Assembly (NCBI GenBank): GCA_964641255.1
Contig: CAZXMM010000001.1
Location: 681,795 to 745,794, forward strand
Direction of reading: 5' to 3'
DNA length: 64,000 bases
Source: an uncultured Gammaproteobacteria bacterium
Lineage (GTDB): Bacteria > Patescibacteriota > Microgenomatia > JAMCZE01
Shown: positions 38,238-48,597 of the stretch, one piece after another
Numbering within the stretch: position 1 is the stretch's first letter
Layout: each line of letters begins with the position of its first letter
Notes under the pieces: generated by a model
Database searches by the model: none
The model's input: only the letters and a program-made list of their open reading frames with translations
Told to the model about the DNA's origin: nothing
Made by a program: the position numbers and the translations under genes

Positions 38238-38942
38238 ATGCAATTACAGGAATTTAGACAAGATTTAAACGCCAGAATGACAGCCGCAAAAATAAGCGGT
38301 TTCTGGAAGGATGCTGATAAAGATCGTTGGATTAACAAAGCGATAGTACGCGCGTGCAATTTTGCCCGTTTTAAGTTCCTCAGCAAACACGCCAGTCAAC
38401 TCACAGAACTAAATCCCGATGGCTCGGGGAAAGAGTCATACTTTCTTCCCTTTGACTTTAAGCCGGGTGGCATGGTTTTCCTCTCCGTAGATGGCGAGGA
38501 GCATCACAAGGCTTCCGAGAACCAATATTTAAGCCGTAAATCAGATAACAAGATAGCTCCTACTTTTCATCCCTCTCTCGACATAGTTCACCCCTCTCTT
38601 CATACAGACTGGCGATGGCAAAAAATCTATGCCGTAATCGGAGATCAATATTTTATAGATCCTCCGGCTGATGTGGCTGGCAAAGTAATCGACCTCTTTT
38701 ATAAACGCCGCCCGGTTCGACTGGTTGAAGAAACCGATGAACCAATTACTCCGGAAGAACTTGATGAACCTATCTTGAAACTGGCATTAGCCACCTGCCT
38801 TGCAAAAGAGCCAGGGAGAAAAAACGAAGCAGAAAAAGAAGTTATTGAAGCTCACGCCTTATTACAACAAACCAAAGACCGCGAGGACGAGGAACCATCG
38901 GCCGTCTTCGTGGGACAGGCAAAAAGCACCCGATGGTCATAA
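38238..38942 (+). CDS. Hypothetical phage protein
   Basis: 234 aa. Confidence 0.4.
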   Translation: MQLQEFRQDLNARMTAAKISGFWKDADKDRWINKAIVRACNFARFKFLSKHASQLTELNPDGSGKESYFLPFDFKPGGMVFLSVDGEEHHKASENQYLSRKSDNKIAPTFHPSLDIVHPSLHTDWRWQKIYAVIGDQYFIDPPADVAGKVIDLFYKRRPVRLVEETDEPITPEELDEPILKLALATCLAKEPGRKNEAEKEVIEAHALLQQTKDREDEEPSAVFVGQAKSTRWS

Positions 38943-38946
38943 ATAT

Positions 38947-40392
38947 ATGAACGCATACAGAATACAAGGATTTCGAGGAGGAATAGCCGATGACCCATTC
39001 CAAGGGGTCAGAGAGGCTTTCCGTTTCGGCTATGGCTTAAATATCCGAGGCGAAGAAAACACTCTTAAATGCAACCAACGATTAAAAGAAGATCTCGGTA
39101 GCGATACAGTTATCACAGACCTCATTCTCTTCTATGTTCCAGCTTCAAACGGCAATTTATATGGTTTTGGTGACACAGGCAAGATTTATCGAAAAGTTGG
39201 TGGAGCTAGTGCATGGGAGCTGGTCTATACCGACCCAAATGGCAAAATCACCGGAGCGGCTGAGTACACCAACAATGATGGCAGTGACAACTATATCCCT
39301 TACCTCTATTGGGCGACTGAAACAAAAGTCAGCAGAATTAAACTTTCCGGTACATGGCCGACTGACGTAGAACATGATTGGCAGACTCTGGATGGTGACC
39401 CGGCATGGCACACAATGGCTGAAGCTTTGGGAGTGTTGCTTATCTGCGACAGCAAAGATTTAGCGATGGTCGACTTCGAAGGAGGATTTAATCGGGATGC
39501 CATTGATCTGCCTCGAAGCCATAGAAACAAATGCTTACTAGGACTGGATCAGTTAGTTGTATTCGGCTCTACCAAAGGTGACAAAGTCGAGGAAGGCTGG
39601 CTCTGGACTTGGGACAAGATCCAACCCTCTTGGATCCAAAGAAGAATGGTCGCCGAAAGAGGCATAAACGCCCTTCTGCAAGGCGAATTCTTAATGATCC
39701 AAGCAGGAGTGCGCGGTGGTCTCTACTTCTGGGATACCTCCAACTTACTGAGGATAAAAAAGCTTCCTGGTGAGTTTGGGTGGGTAAACCCTGGCGGTGT
39801 CACTATTATGGGAGGTTTACCTTTGTTAGGAGTAAATGGAAGCGATAAATGCGGCATTTACTCTTACGGCCGACTGAACAAAAACGAACCCTATGCTCTA
39901 AACCTTGAGCACATTCCTTCTCACGGCAAAATGGAAAATGTCCTCATCGGGGCTTTAACCATGTATGAGGACAAAATCTACTGCTCCTGGAAAGACGGAA
40001 CTACTTTTGGAACGGATGTCATCGATCCAGATAACAAAGCAGAAGCCCGCTATGAAGGCTTGGTGTTTGATGGTGGTGAATCATTTACCCAGAAGGGATT
40101 CAGACATATCAAGCTGGTCACAAAACCTCTCCCCAAAGACTGCACGATAGAAGTTTTCTACAAAGTGAATCAACAAGCGGAGTGGCAACTGGCCACTATG
40201 CAGGATGGCTCAGAGCTATTTGACCAAGAAGGAAGATCAAAGGCAATTTTTACCATCGAAACCGGTGGAGACGAAGATGACCCAGGTACTGGAGAGGAAT
40301 ACGAATTGGCAATGAATCTACACCCCAATGGGAATGACACTCCGGAAGTTATCTCAGCAACAACTTATTTCGAGCCTTTAGGAGTCTTATAA
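38947..40392 (+). CDS. Hypothetical tail-associated protein
   Basis: Start trimmed to ATG 38947 (MNAYRIQGF) to remove overlap. 481 aa. Confidence 0.4.
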   Translation: MNAYRIQGFRGGIADDPFQGVREAFRFGYGLNIRGEENTLKCNQRLKEDLGSDTVITDLILFYVPASNGNLYGFGDTGKIYRKVGGASAWELVYTDPNGKITGAAEYTNNDGSDNYIPYLYWATETKVSRIKLSGTWPTDVEHDWQTLDGDPAWHTMAEALGVLLICDSKDLAMVDFEGGFNRDAIDLPRSHRNKCLLGLDQLVVFGSTKGDKVEEGWLWTWDKIQPSWIQRRMVAERGINALLQGEFLMIQAGVRGGLYFWDTSNLLRIKKLPGEFGWVNPGGVTIMGGLPLLGVNGSDKCGIYSYGRLNKNEPYALNLEHIPSHGKMENVLIGALTMYEDKIYCSWKDGTTFGTDVIDPDNKAEARYEGLVFDGGESFTQKGFRHIKLVTKPLPKDCTIEVFYKVNQQAEWQLATMQDGSELFDQEGRSKAIFTIETGGDEDDPGTGEEYELAMNLHPNGNDTPEVISATTYFEPLGVL

Positions 40393-40396
40393 ACCT

Positions 40397-41731
40397 ATGT
40401 TGACCAAAGATATTAAAAAAATATTAACAAACAGAGAGGTTGAAGACCAACCGTTTCCTGAGGTGATCCCTCATTCTCACAATGGCATGGACTCACCATT
40501 GTTAGCCCCGAACTCTGTCGATACTGTCAATATCAAACCTGGTGCAGTTGGCGATAACGAACTGGATGACTTCTCCGTAACTGAACAGAAACTGGCTGAT
40601 GCTGCAGTAGCCACTGGCAAAATCAAAGAAGATGCTGTCACCGCCGCAAAGGTGTACAAAGCAGGATCTGTTATCACCCTCTCAGCTCAGATCGCAGAAG
40701 CAATTATTCTGACGGCTCATATCGGACTTGCCCAAATTACTAACTCCCGAATAGGAAACGCCGCTATCTCCACAGCAAAAATCCAGACAGCCGCAATCAC
40801 AAATGCAGAAATAGCAGATGCAGCGATTACGAATGCAAAAATAGGAGCTTTAGAAGTCGGTAACTCACGAATAGCCAATGCTGCTATCAGCACTGCCAAA
40901 ATTCAAGATGCAGCCGTGACAAATGCCGAAATTGCTGACGCGTCTATCACTAATGCCAAAATTGGTGCGCTAGAAGTTGGCAACTCTCGCATTGCAAACG
41001 CAGCCATAAGCACAGCCAAGATTCAGGATCTGGCAGTTACAGATGCCGAAATCAACGACTTAAACGCTGGGAAGATCACTGCTGGCTCAATGAGCGCTGA
41101 ACGTATTTACGGAGGGACCGGATACTTCACCAGAATTAACATCTTGATGTCGGGATTAGAAGCGTTGAATGTGGCTGGAAATATAAATAAATCCGGAACA
41201 TCAAACTTCTCAATTCCTCATCCATTGAAAAAGGGCCATAGATTGGTTTATACTGGTATTGAGGCAGCAGAAGTTCTCCTCGTTCATCGAGGAACAGCCA
41301 CTCTACGTAACGGACAGACACGAATTGACTTCCCAGACCACTTCATAGCGGTCAGCGATCCCAGAAACATTACCGCATATCTGACTCCCAAGCAAAACTG
41401 CAACGGACTTTTCATTGTCGAAGTAACAAACGACCATCTTGTCGTGCAAGAACTGCAAGGAGGAATATCCTCCGCTCAGTTTGATTACATGGTCGTAACA
41501 GTCCGTGATAAATTCTTCGACTTTGACTTTGAACCAGAAGGTGAAATCGCCATCAAACGTAATGACGAAGACGAGGAAACTTTCAAGCAACGCTATCTGG
41601 AACACAGAATAAACGAGATCACCAAAAAAGGTGGTCCCAAAGTCCAGGAGCAAATTGACCAACTGCGGAGTGAATTTATCACCTCAGTTGGCAGAAAGGA
41701 GGTCACAGGCAATGTCAAAAAAACAAACTAA
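40397..41731 (+). CDS. Tail fibre/spike protein with tandem 40-aa repeats
   Basis: NAEIADAAITNAKIGALEVGNSRIANAAISTAKIQDAAVT repeated, beta-helix-like 10-aa periodicity. Confidence 0.5.
   Translation: MLTKDIKKILTNREVEDQPFPEVIPHSHNGMDSPLLAPNSVDTVNIKPGAVGDNELDDFSVTEQKLADAAVATGKIKEDAVTAAKVYKAGSVITLSAQIAEAIILTAHIGLAQITNSRIGNAAISTAKIQTAAITNAEIADAAITNAKIGALEVGNSRIANAAISTAKIQDAAVTNAEIADASITNAKIGALEVGNSRIANAAISTAKIQDLAVTDAEINDLNAGKITAGSMSAERIYGGTGYFTRINILMSGLEALNVAGNINKSGTSNFSIPHPLKKGHRLVYTGIEAAEVLLVHRGTATLRNGQTRIDFPDHFIAVSDPRNITAYLTPKQNCNGLFIVEVTNDHLVVQELQGGISSAQFDYMVVTVRDKFFDFDFEPEGEIAIKRNDEDEETFKQRYLEHRINEITKKGGPKVQEQIDQLRSEFITSVGRKEVTGNVKKTN
40706..41100 (+). repeat. Intragenic tandem repeats (~120 bp unit, about 3 copies) in the tail fibre gene
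   Basis: Amino-acid repeats nearly identical, nucleotide copies diverged at synonymous sites. Confidence 0.6.
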
Positions 41732-41945
41732 ATTAGATAAGTCAGATTTAAAAGAGCTGCAATTAAGAAAGCAGATGATTAAGCAACATCAGCTGACAAT
41801 CCAAGCGCTTGATTCTCAGTTAGTCATGTGGCTTCTCGGCAAGTTTTTCAAATACGGCTTGGATAGTCAGAAAGAATACAACTTTGATGCTGTAACCGGT
41901 GAAATAACTGAAGTTACACAGTCCCAGAAAGGAGGTGGCTCCTAA
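41712..41945 (+). CDS. Hypothetical small phage protein
   Basis: Start at ATG 41712 after AGGAGGTCA. 77 aa. Confidence 0.3.
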   Translation: MSKKQTKLDKSDLKELQLRKQMIKQHQLTIQALDSQLVMWLLGKFFKYGLDSQKEYNFDAVTGEITEVTQSQKGGGS

Positions 41946-43012
41946 TGGCGACAAAACAATACGGCGGTTGGTATTGGCAACCTGATCAAAATAAAGCTCT
42001 CAGATGGTGGGGTACTGATTCTTCCGGCAAAGACATTTACACAACCGGCGATGAACCAGGCAAGCAACAATCCGTCAGCAATTTAAGTAGCGGTCTTTCT
42101 CAGGTTGGTGGTTCTAGTATCTTGGGTTTTGATGTAGGAACGCTCAATACTCGATTTCAAGACACTTATAAACAAGCTCAAGATTTATCATCAGATCTCG
42201 AAACCTATCAAACAAGGCGCTACGACGAAGAATATGGCAAAGCGGAACTTGGCAAACTTAAAGATACCATTAGCTCTTTGGATACAAGTATCGCAAGTGA
42301 AAAAAATGTTCGTGATGAGTCAGTCAGCAAGATCCGCAAAAATCCGGGCTATTCCGCAGCCACAATAACCGGTGAATCCGGAGAGGTTCAACGACTTGCC
42401 AATGCAAAAATTGGAAATCTCATTGAAGAACGCAATGCAAAAGCTGAAGATTACAACGCCCGCCTCGGAGAAATAACACGCAAAGTAACATCTGAAACTC
42501 AAGGCAAAGAAGCCAAACTTAACAATCTGCGCTATGACCTTCAATTTTTAGGTGGACTCCTCAATACATACAACCAGATTCGATCTTCCGAACTTTCCTC
42601 CGCCAAAGAGGATGAACGCTGGGAGCGGGAATTTGAACTCAAACTCTATGACGCTCAAACAAGCAGGTTAAGAGCTGGTGAAGGCGGTAGCGGAACTTAC
42701 GCTAAACAACAAGTCAAAGATGCATTTGGAAATGTGGTTGGTTTCTTCGACCCAACTTCGGGCAAGACTAATCTTTATGAGCAACCCTCGAGTCAATCAC
42801 AAACGACCACTGTAAATGAAGGCGACCTAAGAACAGAAATTAGATCTGCTTGGAAGCAGGGTTATAACGCTGACCAGCTCAAAACAAATCTCTCAGGAGT
42901 AAGTACAGATAAAGGAAAGAGTGCCACACAAATTATAGATGAAGAATGGCAACTCAAAAATCAACCAGGTGTGATGGGATTCTTAAGACGCTTATTTACA
43001 CCTGGAGTTTAA
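41945..43012 (+). CDS. Hypothetical internal virion protein
   Basis: 355 aa, coiled-coil-rich. Position matches the T7 gp14/gp15-like internal proteins. Confidence 0.35.
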   Translation: MATKQYGGWYWQPDQNKALRWWGTDSSGKDIYTTGDEPGKQQSVSNLSSGLSQVGGSSILGFDVGTLNTRFQDTYKQAQDLSSDLETYQTRRYDEEYGKAELGKLKDTISSLDTSIASEKNVRDESVSKIRKNPGYSAATITGESGEVQRLANAKIGNLIEERNAKAEDYNARLGEITRKVTSETQGKEAKLNNLRYDLQFLGGLLNTYNQIRSSELSSAKEDERWEREFELKLYDAQTSRLRAGEGGSGTYAKQQVKDAFGNVVGFFDPTSGKTNLYEQPSSQSQTTTVNEGDLRTEIRSAWKQGYNADQLKTNLSGVSTDKGKSATQIIDEEWQLKNQPGVMGFLRRLFTPGV

Positions 43013-43017
43013 TGCAT

Positions 43018-46000
43018 ATGGACAATTTTTTATCACAAATTAAGAAAAACATAACCTCGTCAATTCAAAATACGAGTCAAACTCTTGGTGGTATTTTTGG
43101 GAAATCGCAACAAGCAGCTTCCTCTCTAGTACGTTCTGGCTCTGAAAAAATTCAGGATATTCTAAAACCGCTCGAAAAACTAAAGCCTGAACAATACGAC
43201 ATCGCCATTCCAGGTCCCACAACCGGCTCCTACAAACCATTCAAAAATCTGTATGTAGAAGCGGCAGCACAAACACTTGGATTGGGTGCTAGAGATACAG
43301 ATGTACTTGAGCGATTGCCAAGTGCAACAATCGGAGCATTAAAAGGTGCCGGAGATGGTCTTGCCCAAGCCTTAACTTTTGGCTGGTGGAATCCGGAAAT
43401 AAAGTACGCCAATGACATCGAAAAAATGGCCGGTGACATGACGGAGGTGGAGTTTAATGTTTTAGGAACAATAGGAACTTTTGTGGTAGGAGGAGGTCTA
43501 GTTCAAGGAGCACTCAAAGGTGTTCCACTTCTTGGAAGAGTTGCTACAGTTGCTCCAAGAACATTTAGTCTACTTTCGAATGGACTTACTTTTGCAGGGT
43601 TAACCCAACTGCAAAAAGAAGAATCCTACAAAGATGCGCAGCAACGCGCCAAAGATTTTGTAAGCGATTTTGCCTTAGGTGGAGCTTTCTCCATAGCCGG
43701 AATGAAACCTTCATTTCTTAAATCCTCTGCGATTATCGGGCCAGCGACTTACGTTACTTCACTTATTAAAGGTGACTCCAATGAAGATGCTCTCAAAAAC
43801 ACCGCAGCAATGATTGGACTTCACTCACTTAACTTTGCCGTAGCAAAATACTTACCCAACAAATCTGCGGTAGAAAGTCAGATAGAAAAAGCGGCCAGTG
43901 AACAACTCAAAATAACCAAAAAACAAGCTCTCGAGTATCTTGGAGTAAATGAGACAGCAACTGCAGAGCAGGTCAAGCAAGCATGGAAAAATAAAGTAGT
44001 CGGTATTACTAAACAGTTTCCAGCTCAAGCCAACCAAACACCACAAGAAATGGGTCAATTTAATCAAGCTTGGAATACAGCCAATAGAGCCTATGAGTTT
44101 TTAGCAAAGGTAAGCAATCCCACTGGATATACTGGCAAGTCTTTCAGACAAGAATTTCAAGACCTTTACTACGACCTCTGGAAAAATGTTCCTGACAAAA
44201 GAGCATTGGTCATCAAAGCAGTTCGCAATATGCCTGCAGGGCTCTCAATCAGAGCCACACTCAACGAGGCCCAGAGAAGCGAAATTGTCACAGCTCTTGG
44301 AGGGCAAGAAACAAAAACCAGACTCGGCCGTGTTGCAGAATTAACTGATGCCGATTTGGTAACAGTAGCGATGGAAAACAAAATACCGGTTACTCCTTCA
44401 AAACAATCAACTCAACCAACTATTCAGAAAGAATCGATAATTCCTTCTGAACTAAAATTAAGTAGTCAAGAGCAAAAAGCTTTCAAAGCTACAGAGATTC
44501 GAGATAAATATCGAAGTGATGGTGAAATTGAACTAGAAAAGATTGAGCGAACGAACAAAGATGTATCACAGACAACTCTCATTCAAAAACGGCGCCAAGG
44601 TCAAATAGTTGCACCGGAGCAACCGCGAGCGGATGAGGCGAAAGATCCACCGCCTGGTAGTCCTCCTAGACCTCCCCAGGAAACACCTATTGGTTCTGAT
44701 TCACCACCGCCGGAAGGGAGTGCTTTAAGCCAGATCGATGCGATGGTTGGAAAGCTTTCTCCTGCCGCAAACCTCTTGGACAAGGCTAAAAAAGCAATTC
44801 AGGTTTTCCCACGTCTTTTTACTGACCGCTTCGCTCCTATTCGGGAGTTTGAAAACAAAGTAAGTAAACTGCAAGGCAAGCCTATCGATATCAACTCCAG
44901 TCCTTATGTGGGCGCCCGAATGTACGCGGGACGTTTTGGTATTGTTGAGGGTAGTTTCCGGGATCTGTATACCGCACTTCAACCTGTCAGAAAATTGCGG
45001 GCAGACTTTACCCGCTATGTACTTGCTCAAAGAACGGCTGAAAGAGCCGCCAGAGGTGTTGAAAATCCACTTGAGGTAACTCAAGAAACTGCAGAGAAAG
45101 CACTCCAGGAACTAAAAACTAAAGTGGGCGACAAAGCATTTAAAACATTTGAGCAGGTTGGTAACGGCATGCAAAATTGGGCAGTTAAAGCAATTCTCGA
45201 ACCCATGAGAGATGCTGGGATTTTAAGCAATAAAGCCTTCAACGCTGTTGTTGAGAAAAATAAGAACTGGCTTCCATTCCATGTTTTGGAATACATACCT
45301 ACGCTGGAAGAAGCAGACAAGATGGCGGTCGGCTCCGAAACATTTTCAGTGAGTAAACAAGGCGTTGTGAGTGCTCTTGAAGGAACAGACAAGGTCATTC
45401 GGGATCCATTTATCTCCGTAATAGACAACCTCACAAAAGCGGTCAGTCTTGTTGAACGAAATAAAGTAGCCTTGAAACTGGTAGAGCTTCGCAAGACTCA
45501 CCCTGATGCAACTAAAGGGTTGATTAGATTCTTACCCACCAAAGAAAATGCTCCGCAAGATTGGGAATCAATTAGCGTATTTATCGACGGCAAGGTAACG
45601 CGCTGGGCTGTGCCAAAAGAATTATCTGAAGCCATGCACGCCATGAGCCCTGCAGAGTCAGGTTTGATGGGTAAGTTAGTAATGATGTCTTCAAAAGCAT
45701 TTAAGGCAGGTACAACTACGCTCTATTTTCCATTCACCCTTTCCAATGCAGTACGGGACTATCAAACCGCAACAATGGTTTCCAAATATGGCTTTAATCC
45801 TGCAGTATGGCTATCAGGATTTAAAGACGGCTTCCGCTCGGCGTTTAAATGGGAATCCAAAGCCTATGACGAATTTATGAGAAATCAAGGTGGCTATGGG
45901 AGCTACATTGAATCAACCAAAGGTTTGTCAGTTGCCTCTGATCAATTATTCCGACCCAGATGGATGGAAAGAACGAAAGCTGTTCTTAATCCCTTTGAGT

Positions 46001-47259
46001 TAATAGGTAACTTCTCTGAAGCCATAGAACTTGCTCCGAGACTTGGAATCTATAAAAAAGCGCTCAGTAAAGGAGCCAGTCCTTTGGAAGCAGCATTTGA
46101 AGCACGAAACGTGACGGTCGACTTTGCTAAAGCAGGAGTTGAAGCCCGACTGATTAATATGTGGGTTCCGTTTGTAAATGCACGATGGCAAGGTTTACTA
46201 AATGTCACCCGTGTCATGAAAGACAATCCCGTCCGGACTGCTGCCAGAGCTCTTGCAATGACTGTTCTTCCCGGAATTGCTACTTACTTTTACAACGTTA
46301 TGAATCATGAAGACCTTTGGGACGATATTCCTCAGTGGGCAAAGGATACCTACTTCATCATTATTGTAGGTGAGGAAAAAGATGAAGATGGTAATAAACT
46401 TCCAAAAGTAATCCAGATCCCTAAAGGTGACGTAGGAACAATTTTCTTCAACCCTCTGATGTATTCGTTTGAGTATGTCCGTAAACAAGAACCTCAAAAC
46501 CTCTTCAAGCTCGGTCTGGAGTGGATGAGTCAGTTAGCTCCGGTTCCGTTTACAAGAGATGGTGAATTATCAGCTCAGGCCTTCTTCTCAGGAGCTTTGC
46601 CGCCAATTATTCGCACCCCTTTGGAAATAGCGACAAATACAAACTTCTTTACTGGATTTCCGGTTGTCCCAAGAAAACTGGAGAAGGTTGCCCCGTCAGA
46701 GCAATACGATAGGAGAACACCTGATTTGGCAATCACAATCGGCCGCGCTTTAGGAGTAAGTCCTATGAAACTAACCCATGCTGTCTATGGATTAACCGGA
46801 AGCTTGGCCAGAGAGCTTCTTAGTCCTGCTGATGTGCTAGGACTGACAATGGATCGTTTTTACCGAACTCAGGGCGGTGAGAAGCAACGTAGGGCCTGGG
46901 ACATCAAATATGAAGCAGAGGTAGGCTACAACACCACCCGACTGCAAATGAAGAAGCTGGTCGAAGCAGGTGACCTTCAGGGGGCACAGCAAATGGCACT
47001 AAGATGGAATGAGGAAGCAGAAAAACTAATTCCCCAAGTTGTTCCGCTTCTGATGAAAGATGATCCCAAAGAAGCATCGCTCTTCCAAAGCAGCATAACT
47101 TTTAACGCCAGCGATTTGCAACGCTTATTAAAAACAACTCTTCCTGGTGGTATTCCTCAGGAAACTGACAATGATGAACAGAAATCAACACTAATTCCAT
47201 TGAAGAATGGGTCCAATTCCACAGACAATCAAAGTATTAAGAGTTTGATTTATAGATAA
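43018..47259 (+). CDS. Large internal virion/core protein, 1413 aa, gp16-like by position
   Basis: Largest ORF of the module, before the lysis genes. Contains a J-domain-like segment without an HPD motif. Start trimmed to ATG 43018. Confidence 0.45.
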   Translation: MDNFLSQIKKNITSSIQNTSQTLGGIFGKSQQAASSLVRSGSEKIQDILKPLEKLKPEQYDIAIPGPTTGSYKPFKNLYVEAAAQTLGLGARDTDVLERLPSATIGALKGAGDGLAQALTFGWWNPEIKYANDIEKMAGDMTEVEFNVLGTIGTFVVGGGLVQGALKGVPLLGRVATVAPRTFSLLSNGLTFAGLTQLQKEESYKDAQQRAKDFVSDFALGGAFSIAGMKPSFLKSSAIIGPATYVTSLIKGDSNEDALKNTAAMIGLHSLNFAVAKYLPNKSAVESQIEKAASEQLKITKKQALEYLGVNETATAEQVKQAWKNKVVGITKQFPAQANQTPQEMGQFNQAWNTANRAYEFLAKVSNPTGYTGKSFRQEFQDLYYDLWKNVPDKRALVIKAVRNMPAGLSIRATLNEAQRSEIVTALGGQETKTRLGRVAELTDADLVTVAMENKIPVTPSKQSTQPTIQKESIIPSELKLSSQEQKAFKATEIRDKYRSDGEIELEKIERTNKDVSQTTLIQKRRQGQIVAPEQPRADEAKDPPPGSPPRPPQETPIGSDSPPPEGSALSQIDAMVGKLSPAANLLDKAKKAIQVFPRLFTDRFAPIREFENKVSKLQGKPIDINSSPYVGARMYAGRFGIVEGSFRDLYTALQPVRKLRADFTRYVLAQRTAERAARGVENPLEVTQETAEKALQELKTKVGDKAFKTFEQVGNGMQNWAVKAILEPMRDAGILSNKAFNAVVEKNKNWLPFHVLEYIPTLEEADKMAVGSETFSVSKQGVVSALEGTDKVIRDPFISVIDNLTKAVSLVERNKVALKLVELRKTHPDATKGLIRFLPTKENAPQDWESISVFIDGKVTRWAVPKELSEAMHAMSPAESGLMGKLVMMSSKAFKAGTTTLYFPFTLSNAVRDYQTATMVSKYGFNPAVWLSGFKDGFRSAFKWESKAYDEFMRNQGGYGSYIESTKGLSVASDQLFRPRWMERTKAVLNPFELIGNFSEAIELAPRLGIYKKALSKGASPLEAAFEARNVTVDFAKAGVEARLINMWVPFVNARWQGLLNVTRVMKDNPVRTAARALAMTVLPGIATYFYNVMNHEDLWDDIPQWAKDTYFIIIVGEEKDEDGNKLPKVIQIPKGDVGTIFFNPLMYSFEYVRKQEPQNLFKLGLEWMSQLAPVPFTRDGELSAQAFFSGALPPIIRTPLEIATNTNFFTGFPVVPRKLEKVAPSEQYDRRTPDLAITIGRALGVSPMKLTHAVYGLTGSLARELLSPADVLGLTMDRFYRTQGGEKQRRAWDIKYEAEVGYNTTRLQMKKLVEAGDLQGAQQMALRWNEEAEKLIPQVVPLLMKDDPKEASLFQSSITFNASDLQRLLKTTLPGGIPQETDNDEQKSTLIPLKNGSNSTDNQSIKSLIYR

Positions 47260-47265
47260 ACAGCT

Positions 47266-48333
47266 ATGGCAGATATAACAAGACCAATCGAACCATTTGA
47301 ACTCAATCAAGGCTTTGGAGAAAATCCTGCAGACTATGCCCGATTTGGACTCAAAGGGCATAACGGCTGGGACTTAAAAACAAAATTCCCCGATACACCC
47401 CAAGGCTTCCGCAACATTCTCTCTTCTTGGGCTTCTAAATTTTATGCACAGGGCAACGAAGGCAATGACGGCTTCGGGCTTTACTTTGAAGTTATCGTAC
47501 AGCTCTATAACAGCTACAAACTGACCTATGCCCACTGTAAATCCATTGAGAGTTTTGAAAATAAAAACGAAGGTGACACGATGGCTATCAGCGATAACAC
47601 CGGCAATAGTACCGGCAGCCACCTGCACCTTACGGTAAAACGTGGCCAACTCCAAAACGGAAAGTTTGTAAGTGACAACTATAACAATGGATATTTTGGA
47701 GCAATTAATCCTCAGGAGTTCTTTGATGAACTCAGAAAATATAAGAAAGAAAAAGGGACAGCTTCCGCTCCAGAAGGTTGCTTGGTACCAAACACACCCG
47801 AATGGCGAACCAAGTATGAGCAGGTAGTCTTTTCCGCAACTAAATGGGCCGATACTCTCAAGATTTTAGAGATCGCAGACGACCCTAACACTACCCCCAG
47901 CGACAGAATTAAAAGTGTAGTCGGAGGGTATAAAAGCAGAGAAACTGACCTATCTAACAAGCTAAATGAGAAGTCTATTGAAGTCAGTAAAGCCACCCAG
48001 GAGATAACCAATAGAGTCGAACAAGTTGGCAGACTTGAGAAGGATTTGCTAGAGAAGGATAAATACTATAAAGCCCTGATTGACGCACTGAATAAACAGC
48101 TCAAACACGGCTCAGATGCACTCCCCTTAGCTCAGGCTCGCATAGGGGTACTGGAAGACCAGCTGGACGAGGCAAACAAAGCCAAAGGCAGAGCACTTAA
48201 TGATGCTCAGGAAGCCAAGAGTCAGCTTGATGCGTGCCAAAAAGGTACGCTTGTTCCGACTCCTCAACTCATTTTCTCTCTCGTTGTTCAGTACTTCGGC
48301 AATAAATTACATAAAGGAGGTGACAAGGTATGA
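47266..48333 (+). CDS. M23-family peptidase-domain lysin with C-terminal coiled coil
   Basis: HNGWD (HxGxD) and GSHLHL (HxH) motifs. Confidence 0.65.
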   Translation: MADITRPIEPFELNQGFGENPADYARFGLKGHNGWDLKTKFPDTPQGFRNILSSWASKFYAQGNEGNDGFGLYFEVIVQLYNSYKLTYAHCKSIESFENKNEGDTMAISDNTGNSTGSHLHLTVKRGQLQNGKFVSDNYNNGYFGAINPQEFFDELRKYKKEKGTASAPEGCLVPNTPEWRTKYEQVVFSATKWADTLKILEIADDPNTTPSDRIKSVVGGYKSRETDLSNKLNEKSIEVSKATQEITNRVEQVGRLEKDLLEKDKYYKALIDALNKQLKHGSDALPLAQARIGVLEDQLDEANKAKGRALNDAQEAKSQLDACQKGTLVPTPQLIFSLVVQYFGNKLHKGGDKV

Positions 48334-48593
48334 ACGACTTTTACCCTGAATGGAAAAAAGTAATCTGGCGTTTTGTCAGAATTTTCATTTCCTCATTTCT
48401 ATTTACCGGATCGCTCGTGCTGGTAAACGCCCAACCGGAATCCTTATCCAGTTGGAATAGCTTCCTAAACACTCTGGTAGTGCCATTTGCAGTCTCTGGT
48501 GGAATTGCAGGACTCAATGCGGTAGGGAAGCTTCTACGAGACGTTTTCGGCTCAGAAGATAAAGACAGCCTTATTGATAAATTGATCTTTTAA
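48330..48593 (+). CDS. Holin-like two-TM protein
   Basis: 87 aa, two hydrophobic helices, overlaps the lysin stop (ATGA). Confidence 0.4.
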   Translation: MNDFYPEWKKVIWRFVRIFISSFLFTGSLVLVNAQPESLSSWNSFLNTLVVPFAVSGGIAGLNAVGKLLRDVFGSEDKDSLIDKLIF

Positions 48594-48597
48594 ACCT

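Noticed and set aside
38800-38946. Upstream extensions of track ORFs 38800, 42946, 36541, 41631 and 35675
   Set aside because: The extensions overlap the preceding genes. Internal ATGs that directly follow the upstream stop or an RBS were preferred (38947, 43018, 41712, 35706).
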